The translations under genes were made by a program, and so were the position numbers. DNA of 8,266 bases from Candidatus Jordarchaeales archaeon (GTDB lineage Archaea > Asgardarchaeota > Jordiarchaeia > Jordiarchaeales > Freyrarchaeaceae): contig JAWCFL010000003.1 of the NCBI GenBank assembly GCA_038858525.1, positions 1-8,266 of the forward strand. The letters are read 5' to 3'. Positions within the stretch are counted from its first letter, which is position 1. Each line of letters opens with the position of its first letter. Below, in pieces: positions 1-6,166 of this stretch. The notes beneath the pieces were generated by a model. The model was not told the DNA's origin. It worked only from the letters and a program-made list of their open reading frames with translations, and searched no databases.

Positions 1-226
1 GCACAAGGTTAAGCTTGCTGTCGATGTCGGGAAGGGAGGCGGCGAGACGGGCAACGACGTCAGCCAGCTGCCCAGGCGACAGCCTATCCGCCGCCCCAAG
101 CACAAGGTTAAGCTTGCTGTCGATGTCGGGAAGGGAGGCGGCGAGACGGGCAACGACGTCAGCCAGCTGCCCAGGCGACAGCCTATCCGCCGCCCCAAGC
201 ACAAGGTTAAGCTTGCTGTCGATGTC
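1..226 (-). repeat. Perfect 99-bp tandem repeat (2 full units plus 28 bp, truncated by window edge), in-frame, encoding LPDIDSKLNLVLGAADRLSPGQLADVVARLAAS
   Basis: Positions 1-99 = 100-198 exactly, and 199-226 = 1-28. The period is 33 codons in the frame of the giant ORF. Confidence 0.97.
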
Positions 227-3200
227 TGGGAGTAGTTTGGCTAGTTCTGGGAGTTTCTCTGCGAGTTGTTCGGGTGCTAGTTTTTCTGCGGCTAGGGTGG
301 CTAGTTCTTTTCTGTATTCTTGTGGTGCGAGTTCTAGTATTTGGGTTATTCTTGGGGTCACGTATTCGATTTTCTCATTTATGACTTCTACTGCCAGCTT
401 GTAGAAGTCGTTGAGTGAGTTTAGCATTTTTAGGTATTGTAGGAGTCCGACTATTTTTTCTGTTGATGGTCTTTCTTTTATCATTTTGCTGAACTCTTCA
501 TAGTCGAACATGCGAAGCCACCCTCTTGAACGGCAGAAGTTGTAATATTGGTTGGCTGCATATTCACTACGTTCATAAAGGTATATAAGGCACTCGGTTC
601 TTATCTTGTCCATTCTTTTTCTTGCATCTCTTTTTTTGGCTTCATTCACCATTGCGGTGTCCGTGAAGGCTAGGGCTAGTGAGTTTCCAGGTTCAACCTT
701 CATTTGTGGGGCGTAGGCGAGGACGAACTTGACGGGCTCCATGCCCTCCACCTTCATTTCCACGAGGTAGTAGCCGTCTTCTTGGGGCTCCGCTAGGCAC
801 GTGAACTTTATCTCAGGTTTTCCCTCATAGGTGAACGTTTTGAGGGGGTTTTCCATGGCGTCCTTGAGTGGGGAGGCGACGATGTTCGTCTCGCATAGGA
901 CAGCTGGGACCATTCTCTCGCCATACTTGCCGTGTCTTCGTTGGGCTATGATCCTCTCGGCTATAGCGATGAACGCCTCTCTATCGGCCAACTTGTCGTC
1001 CACCGATTTTACCTCGAGGAGCATGGGGGAGGGTGGGGGGTTCACTGAGCCAAAATAGGTTTCCATTATGCGTGCTAACGTGTGCCTGAACTGGTTCTCG
1101 CCTTTAGTTATGGCGTCGTAATCCAGCATGGGATATACGAGGTCCGCTATCCTGTACTCTCCCCTCTCATCAACTACTATTCTTACCTCCGCTTTCCCAT
1201 ACTCGTCCGTTAAGATGGGAAGTAGGAAGGTGACCAGCCTCCCCGGCTTCATATCCACATAGCGGGGTTGGGGCTCGGCGGCCCCGGCAACGCTCAGCCC
1301 CGCGGCCTCCAAGCTGCTGTCCCCAGCCCTAACTTCCCGGACGATGCCTAGAGCGCTCTCCGCTTTCTCTGGGGCAACCTTTAGTAGGAAGGCTGTGAGC
1401 CTAACCACGCTCTCACCTGTGACCTTCGTTTCCCGTGTGCTCCTCTTCTCGATGAGCTCGTAGTGGTCGATGATGAAGCCTAGCCCAGCCTTCCTGTATG
1501 GTTCCATGCCGAACTTCCACTTCCCCCCTACAACCTCACTCACATCCTCAACAAGCCTCATGAACTTCTCGTTGTCCACAGTCAGCCTAGTCATCAGAGG
1601 TATGTTGGCTTTTAAGTCCCCTATTTTCGTCGCTACACCATCCTTCACGTCGACAGGCACTGTGAAGACTCTCCACTCCCCGTCGACAGGCGGCTCCACC
1701 CTGTGTGTGGCTTCCCGCCTAACGAGTGCTCTGAGCAGCGTGGTCCTCAACATCTCGTCGTCCATGGCTGCCTCCGTTGGGAGGCCGAGCGTTCTGCAAA
1801 GGCTGTAGAGTTTCTCCGGATTGATGAGGGGGACAATGTATTTCGCCCTTTCTCCGACCTTCTCCACGAGCTCGTCCATTTCCCCCTTGAGACCCATGAC
1901 TCTCCTCGCCAGCTCTTCTCTTCCTCTCAGGATCTCGACGAGTTTCCTCCCACTCCTCGCAGTGTATTGCTTCGCCTCAAGCTTGCCCTCCACCCCCAGC
2001 GCCTTCACGAGCGCCTCAAATGCTTCAGCCGGCATTATCGCCCTCCCCATGAGCATGAGGTACTCTGGCTTGTTTAGCCCGAGCCCCTCCTTGATTTTCA
2101 TCTTGTCTGCTTGTCTCAGCTTGAAGCACGCCTCCAGCACATTTTCCGGGACCGGCCTCCTTGAAAGTAGGACGTCGGGTTTCTCCTTGATGGCGGACGA
2201 CAGTATCTCGGCGGCTTCCCTCGCGCTGAGACCGCTGAGGGCGCTTGTTAGGGCCTTTGCAACACGGGCCACGTCTCCCGCCTTCCTCGCTAGGGCTTCG
2301 AGTACCTCGTCAGTTGTCCCCTTGCCTCTTACCAGCGCATCTAGGACTTGGCGGAGTGGGTGGGCCTCCACTCTCACTTTCACTACCCCTTCGACCGGCG
2401 CTCTCCTATCTGTCCCCGCATCCCTGAACGACGCGGCAAGCCTCTCCGTCCTGTCTGGAGTGAAGTGGGCTGAGAGTATTATTAGCTTGATGAGCCCTTG
2501 GCCGCTGAGCGTCCTCGACTTCCCAGCTAAGTAACTGTACAGCTCCTCGATGCCGCCCTCCTTGATGCTGCTTGACTTTAAATCCATCCGCCTGAAAATG
2601 TCTCTCACAGTCTCGTCGACGAATTTCTTGTCTGTCGGCTCATACCTCCTCCCGAGGTCGGCTATGACATTAATTGTTTTCCCGCCAACGTTCACTCTCC
2701 TAGCGACGAAGCCGTCTACGGACACCATAGCCTCGAAAAGCCTCCACTCCCCCCTGGCGGGGGGCTCGCTCTTCAAAACGGCATGCAGAGCGGTGAGAAT
2801 GGACGCCTTCGCCTTGTCCCGGTCAACCTCAAACCTCGTGAGGCCTAGGAGCCTGCAAACTTCGTCTATCACGTCAGGCCCGGCGATCATGAGAGCATAC
2901 TGAATTGTGGTTCGCGGCGCGCCAATAACGCTGCTAAGCCGCCAGGGATCAAAGCCTTTCTCCATAATCCTCTCGAAGATCTCACTCCTCCCCCTCACAA
3001 TAACGCACCTGCCCGGCCTACCCTTATCAATACTAACCTTACCCCTCAGGTCCTCACCCAGCACGCTGAACATCTTCTCCAGCGCCACTTCCGGGATGCC
3101 ATGAATTCTAGTGAAGAGGTCCCAGAAGCTAACCTTCTCCTTGAGGAGGCTCTTCTCATCATTGCTAAGCTTCCGACACTTATCAGCAACGTAGTCGGGA

Positions 3201-4012
3201 ACAACAACCCCTCTACTAAGGAGACCGGACTTGCTCCACAGTAGCTCCATGGCCTCAGCTAGTTGGGAAGCCCTTAAACCAGGCTGCAGGCCGACATCAC
3301 CAAGCAGGAAAGCCGCCACCCTAGCAGCATACTTGTCAGGGTGGCTCCCAGCAACCTCTCTAAGAACCTCAGTAGCCTCAGCGTCGCCTGCTCCCTCAAG
3401 AAGTTCACGGACAACCCTGAACCCTCCAGGCGTGAGCGGGACGCTGGCTCCACGCTCATCTCCTCCACCAGCACCCGGCAGCCTCGCCTCGCCCCGCTGC
3501 TCTTTGAAGCCTTCAGGGGCCACAGCCAGCCTCCCAGCACCCTCAGCTCCACCTCTCCCGCCCCGCTCAACACCCTCATCAGCCGCCCTCACGGTTGGGC
3601 CAGTGAAGGCGTAGGGTGTGCTCCTCTCAGTATTCGGAGCAGGCCCAGCTTTCTGGCTCTCCGTGGGGTGTGTCGGAGATTTGCCGGCTTCAGTCCTCCC
3701 AGCCTCAGGTTTACCATCAGTCTTCCCTGCTCTTCTCGCTTCGGAGCACTCGTTCGCCGTCAAGTAGTTGTTGAGCGTCCTCACTCCTCCAGCGCCCCTA
3801 GCCTCAAGCTTTGCTCCACATTTCTCCAGCGGGGTCGTAGGTCCTTTTTTAGCCTGCTCCTCCACGCCTTCCTCTTTTTTCTCTGTGGCGCCTTTTTCTT
3901 TCTCGTTCCCCCCATAGTTCACGCTAATAAAGCGGTATAGGCTGTCAAACCCTTTAGCCTTACTCCTCGCTTTATGCTCTCCTCCATATTCGCTCGTTTC
4001 GTTTCCTCTCAT
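2..4012 (-). CDS. Giant multidomain hypothetical protein (>=1337 aa, 3' end beyond window): low-complexity N-terminus, two diverged ~350-aa modules, candidate PD-(D/E)XK nuclease-like domain, C-terminal 33-aa tandem repeats
   Basis: Manual translation of the minus frame (codons starting at positions = 1 mod 3) shows no stop from the TGA at 4073-4075 down to position 2. Candidate starts are ATG 4012 (MRGNETSEY..., preceded by AAGGAGAG) and ATG 4054 (1351 codons). Six + strand ORFs in the track (starting at 15, 831, 1470, 1821, 2550, 2907) and the 3231 ORF all sit in one constant shadow register to this frame. It is missing from the track because it has no stop in the window. Confidence 0.92.
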   Translation of the reverse strand, partial: MRGNETSEYGGEHKARSKAKGFDSLYRFISVNYGGNEKEKGATEKKEEGVEEQAKKGPTTPLEKCGAKLEARGAGGVRTLNNYLTANECSEARRAGKTDGKPEAGRTEAGKSPTHPTESQKAGPAPNTERSTPYAFTGPTVRAADEGVERGGRGGAEGAGRLAVAPEGFKEQRGEARLPGAGGGDERGASVPLTPGGFRVVRELLEGAGDAEATEVLREVAGSHPDKYAARVAAFLLGDVGLQPGLRASQLAEAMELLWSKSGLLSRGVVVPDYVADKCRKLSNDEKSLLKEKVSFWDLFTRIHGIPEVALEKMFSVLGEDLRGKVSIDKGRPGRCVIVRGRSEIFERIMEKGFDPWRLSSVIGAPRTTIQYALMIAGPDVIDEVCRLLGLTRFEVDRDKAKASILTALHAVLKSEPPARGEWRLFEAMVSVDGFVARRVNVGGKTINVIADLGRRYEPTDKKFVDETVRDIFRRMDLKSSSIKEGGIEELYSYLAGKSRTLSGQGLIKLIILSAHFTPDRTERLAASFRDAGTDRRAPVEGVVKVRVEAHPLRQVLDALVRGKGTTDEVLEALARKAGDVARVAKALTSALSGLSAREAAEILSSAIKEKPDVLLSRRPVPENVLEACFKLRQADKMKIKEGLGLNKPEYLMLMGRAIMPAEAFEALVKALGVEGKLEAKQYTARSGRKLVEILRGREELARRVMGLKGEMDELVEKVGERAKYIVPLINPEKLYSLCRTLGLPTEAAMDDEMLRTTLLRALVRREATHRVEPPVDGEWRVFTVPVDVKDGVATKIGDLKANIPLMTRLTVDNEKFMRLVEDVSEVVGGKWKFGMEPYRKAGLGFIIDHYELIEKRSTRETKVTGESVVRLTAFLLKVAPEKAESALGIVREVRAGDSSLEAAGLSVAGAAEPQPRYVDMKPGRLVTFLLPILTDEYGKAEVRIVVDERGEYRIADLVYPMLDYDAITKGENQFRHTLARIMETYFGSVNPPPSPMLLEVKSVDDKLADREAFIAIAERIIAQRRHGKYGERMVPAVLCETNIVASPLKDAMENPLKTFTYEGKPEIKFTCLAEPQEDGYYLVEMKVEGMEPVKFVLAYAPQMKVEPGNSLALAFTDTAMVNEAKKRDARKRMDKIRTECLIYLYERSEYAANQYYNFCRSRGWLRMFDYEEFSKMIKERPSTEKIVGLLQYLKMLNSLNDFYKLAVEVINEKIEYVTPRITQILELAPQEYRKELATLAAEKLAPEQLAEKLPELAKLLPDIDSKLNLVLGAADRLSPGQLADVVARLAASLPDIDSKLNLVLGAADRLSPGQLADVVARLAASLPDIDSKLNLV
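880..1230 (-). other. Candidate PD-(D/E)XK (restriction-endonuclease-like) domain within the giant ORF
   Basis: KAEVRIVVDERGEYRIADLVY ... PMLLEVKSVDD ... IIAQRRHGKY ... VPAVLCET. E at 1187-1189, D at 1142-1144, E-x-K at 1013-1015/1007-1009. The D-to-E spacing (43 aa) is longer than usual. Confidence 0.45.
1340..3430 (-). repeat. Diverged internal tandem duplication of a ~350-aa module (protein level only)
   Basis: LLSRGVVVPDYVADKCRKL..EK..LKE matches LLSRRPVPENVLEACFKL..DK..IKE (offset 351 aa). SEPPARGEWRLF matches VEPPVDGEWRVF (offset 357 aa). VCRLLGL matches LCRTLGL. Boundaries are approximate. Confidence 0.8.
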
Positions 4013-4044
4013 TTTTGTCTTCTCTCCTTCTTGGTTTTCACGTT

Positions 4045-4064
4045 TTTGGAACATGTGTTCCAAA
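4045..4064. promoter_or_regulatory. 20-bp inverted repeat TTTGGAACA-TG-TGTTCCAAA, possible operator at the 5' end of the giant gene
   Basis: 9-bp perfect arms with a 2-bp spacer. It covers ATG 4054 and lies 32 nt upstream of ATG 4012. Confidence 0.45.
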
Positions 4065-4099
4065 GTAATGTTTCACCAACCACAAACCCTACACCACCT

Positions 4100-4474
4100 T
4101 CACCCCTTCATTCCTTCTTCACCCATCTTTTCGAGGTCCTCCGCCGCTTTTATCATCCACCCCGCGTTCACGGTGAGCGCTACCGGGATTGTCACTCCCT
4201 TACTGAGGATGACATTTATGAGTGTGACTTCTCCCTCCTCTGCAGCTCTCCTCATCCATTCTGAGACGTATTTGTGTTGTGGGAATGTCGCGACAGGCGC
4301 ACTTTTCGGGTCTCCGAGCGCCACGAGAAGGGCTGGGGGCTGCGACGCCACTGCGAACGCCACCCTGTCTGCTCCCTCCCCCTCATCCCAGACTGCGATT
4401 ACTGCGGGTGAGCCCTTGACTGTTAGAAGGTCGGCCACTCTCAGCTTTTTCTCGCTCACGTCCTCTACCTCCAT
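4100..4474 (-). CDS. Hypothetical protein (124 aa, MEVEDVSEKK...GEEGMKG)
   Basis: The track ORF is 4100..4537. The internal ATG at 4474 overlaps the upstream stop (4465-4467) by 10 nt, which fits translational coupling. The 21-aa extension lies over the upstream gene's zinc-finger codons and is less likely. Confidence 0.75.
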   Translation of the reverse strand: MEVEDVSEKKLRVADLLTVKGSPAVIAVWDEGEGADRVAFAVASQPPALLVALGDPKSAPVATFPQHKYVSEWMRRAAEEGEVTLINVILSKGVTIPVALTVNAGWMIKAAEDLEKMGEEGMKG

Positions 4475-5193
4475 CCGCTGTACGCCTGTCTTACCTCCGA
4501 CGCGTGCACGCACTTGTGGCTCCTGCACGTCATGCACACTACAGCCTTCCCATACCTTGTATCGAACGAGAGTACTTCCGCCCTGTCAACGTCCACCTCC
4601 CTGTAGTCTAGGAGTGAGGGCGCGACTTCTAGGGCGAAGGCTGTCAGCTCCACTGGTAGCCTTATGTCCTTGTAGGCATCGCTGACCGCGAATGTGAGTG
4701 CTGTCTCGACGAGCAACGCCACGTGGCTGCACGCCTCCTCCGGTCTCTCAGGGGACACATAGCTCTTGCACGTGTCGCAGTAGACGAAGCCTCTAACCTC
4801 GCCGTTAAAGGGGTCGTCCGACCTCATAGGCCCCCTCATCACGCACAGGCCATATATGAACGGGAGCCTGAACGGTGACAGTTTGCCGCAGCACGTGAGG
4901 ACTATGAGTTTAAGCGCACTGTCCTCGAAGCCGCTGACCTCGTAGCTCACAGCGTAGCCTCCCCCGGCCAGCTTGGAGAGAAGCTCAACGGAAGTCAATT
5001 TGACCGTCGCGTATTCCTCGTTCTCGTCAACGTTGAAGAGGCGATCCACGGCAACCTTAAGCCTACTCTCCGGGAGGAGTGACTCATCCATCAGCCTTAG
5101 AAGATTAACCCTAAATCCCTCACGAGCCGCCATAAAAGCCCTGGCAACGTCCTCCAGCTCGTCAAGCGATAATTCTTCATCTCTACTCAACAT
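4465..5193 (-). CDS. Hypothetical protein with two SWIM-like CxxC...CxH zinc-finger motifs (242 aa)
   Basis: C139-x2-C142-x12-C155-x-H157 (CDTC...ACSHVALL) and C220-x2-C223-x4-C228-x-H230 (CMTCRSHKCVH). AGGAGG lies upstream of ATG 5193, and the gene overlaps the upstream gene by 7 nt. Confidence 0.85.
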   Translation of the reverse strand: MLSRDEELSLDELEDVARAFMAAREGFRVNLLRLMDESLLPESRLKVAVDRLFNVDENEEYATVKLTSVELLSKLAGGGYAVSYEVSGFEDSALKLIVLTCCGKLSPFRLPFIYGLCVMRGPMRSDDPFNGEVRGFVYCDTCKSYVSPERPEEACSHVALLVETALTFAVSDAYKDIRLPVELTAFALEVAPSLLDYREVDVDRAEVLSFDTRYGKAVVCMTCRSHKCVHASEVRQAYSGWR

Positions 5194-5492
5194 CTCATCC
5201 TCCTGAGCTCCTCGCCGCTCGGAGCACTCCTCTTAACCAGTGGGGCGACGACCTGGACAGGCTCGTAGTCCTTGTGGTGCACCCCTGGAGGGGTGACTAT
5301 AGCCCAGCCTAAGCCCATCCTCGTTATCCAGCGTGCAACCATCCTGTGGTCCCAGCTTGGGTCCCTTAGGACCTGCCTGGTCACGAGTTCGACGTCTTGG
5401 CCCTGAGTCTCAGCTAGCCTAAGAACAGCCTTGAACGGGGTGTTTCCGAGCACGTCTGGGGGCAGCTTCGATGGCGTTTGGCTTATCGCCAT
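5187..5492 (-). CDS. Hypothetical protein (101 aa), first gene of the cluster
   Basis: ATG start, codon usage like its neighbours (AGG, CTA, GTC), stop overlapping the next gene's start, and located downstream of an archaeal TATA box. No family recognised. Confidence 0.7.
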   Translation of the reverse strand: MAISQTPSKLPPDVLGNTPFKAVLRLAETQGQDVELVTRQVLRDPSWDHRMVARWITRMGLGWAIVTPPGVHHKDYEPVQVVAPLVKRSAPSGEELRRMRC

Positions 5493-5631
5493 GAGGTGTA
5501 TCCCGTAGCTTCTACCCTTTAAGGAAAGACCAACGCAAAGCTGATCCCCCTAAGAGTGATTTTTTGAGTGATTGCGGTCCGGGTTTTGAGGAACGTGTGG
5601 CCCAACACGCCCATAATTGGTGGGCACGAAC

Positions 5632-5648
5632 ATTTATATAAATTTTTT
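5632..5648 (-). promoter_or_regulatory. Putative archaeal promoter: A-rich BRE-like tract plus TTTATATA box
   Basis: The minus strand reads AAAAAA-TTTATATAAAT inside the most AT-rich patch of the region, pointing toward the four-gene cluster. 5632-5643 is a perfect palindrome (ATTTATATAAAT). Confidence 0.55.
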
Positions 5649-5756
5649 GTTAAAAGAATAACTAATTTTTTACAATGTGCTGTCCACTACCAAACGAAGC
5701 CATAGCTTCCTACACGCTTCCTTCCAGACACACGCCGCCAGCCAACACGCCCACAC

Positions 5757-5833
5757 TAAAACCAACAAAAAATAATAAAAACCTAACGGAAAACAACAAA
5801 AACAAAAACAAACAAAACCAACAAAACAAAAAG
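5757..5833 (+). repeat. Low-complexity A/C-rich tract (AAAC/AAAAC-like units; T/G-rich on the minus strand)
   Basis: Sequence such as aaaacaacaaaaacaaaaacaaacaaaaccaacaaaacaaaaag. It could serve as an oligo-U terminator zone for minus-strand read-through (inference). Confidence 0.7.
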
Positions 5834-6134
5834 TATAACACTACAGCCGAATTCCCCACAAAAATTTTCTCAAAAGTCATCCACCTACACAGTCAAATGA
5901 GGAGTGCTGTTAGAGAGCAAGGCGTTCCTAAAAAAGTAAGCCGGCAGCCGAAAACGCCAGGCAGACCCACACTCCAACCTACAGCTCTGAGAAAACTGAT
6001 TCGAAGCAACCATCAAAACCTTCCCTAAAATGGCAGATTAGGGTGTCCTACACCTCCCACTCAAGGCTCAACCCAGCAGTCCCAAATCATCCGCCATCAA
6101 CCCACAACAGCTCAAATTAAAACTAGACTAGACC

Positions 6135-6149
6135 AACACAAAAAAGAAG
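6135..6149 (-). terminator. Putative oligo-T archaeal terminator after the surface-protein pseudogene
   Basis: CTTCTTTTTTGTGTT on the minus strand, 17 nt after the TAA at 6167-6169. Confidence 0.4.
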
Positions 6150-6166
6150 TTAATGTTCCCCGCCGG

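Noticed and set aside
1-226. 99-bp repeats as a CRISPR array
   Set aside because: The units are contiguous with no unique spacers, are far too long, and are an exact multiple of 3 within an open frame.
1-232. 33-aa repeat as a true TALE/TALE-like repeat
   Set aside because: Only LSPGQL loosely resembles LTPEQV. The RVD-plus-GG loop and the KQALE-type helix are absent, and the visible units do not vary.
1649-1691. GTCGACAGGC direct repeat at 1649 and 1682
   Set aside because: It just encodes PVD twice within the giant protein, and its length is compatible with chance.
15-3940. Plus-strand ORFs in the track (15, 831, 1470, 1703, 1821, 2245, 2550, 2907, 3231, 3341) and minus ORF 3274..3579
   Set aside because: They are Ser/Leu/Pro-rich antisense or alternative-frame shadows of the giant minus-strand ORF.
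4475-4537. N-terminal extension of the 145-aa ORF (start 4537)
   Set aside because: It would overlap 73 nt of the upstream gene including its second zinc finger. ATG 4474 gives a typical short overlap.
3974-5206. Plus-strand ORFs 3974..4264, 4053..4685 and 4973..5206
   Set aside because: They are antisense shadows of the minus-strand cluster genes with no recognisable motifs.
5675-6028. 117-aa plus-strand ORF
   Set aside because: Its K/N/Q/T-rich content simply reflects the A/C low-complexity tract. No RBS or family signal.
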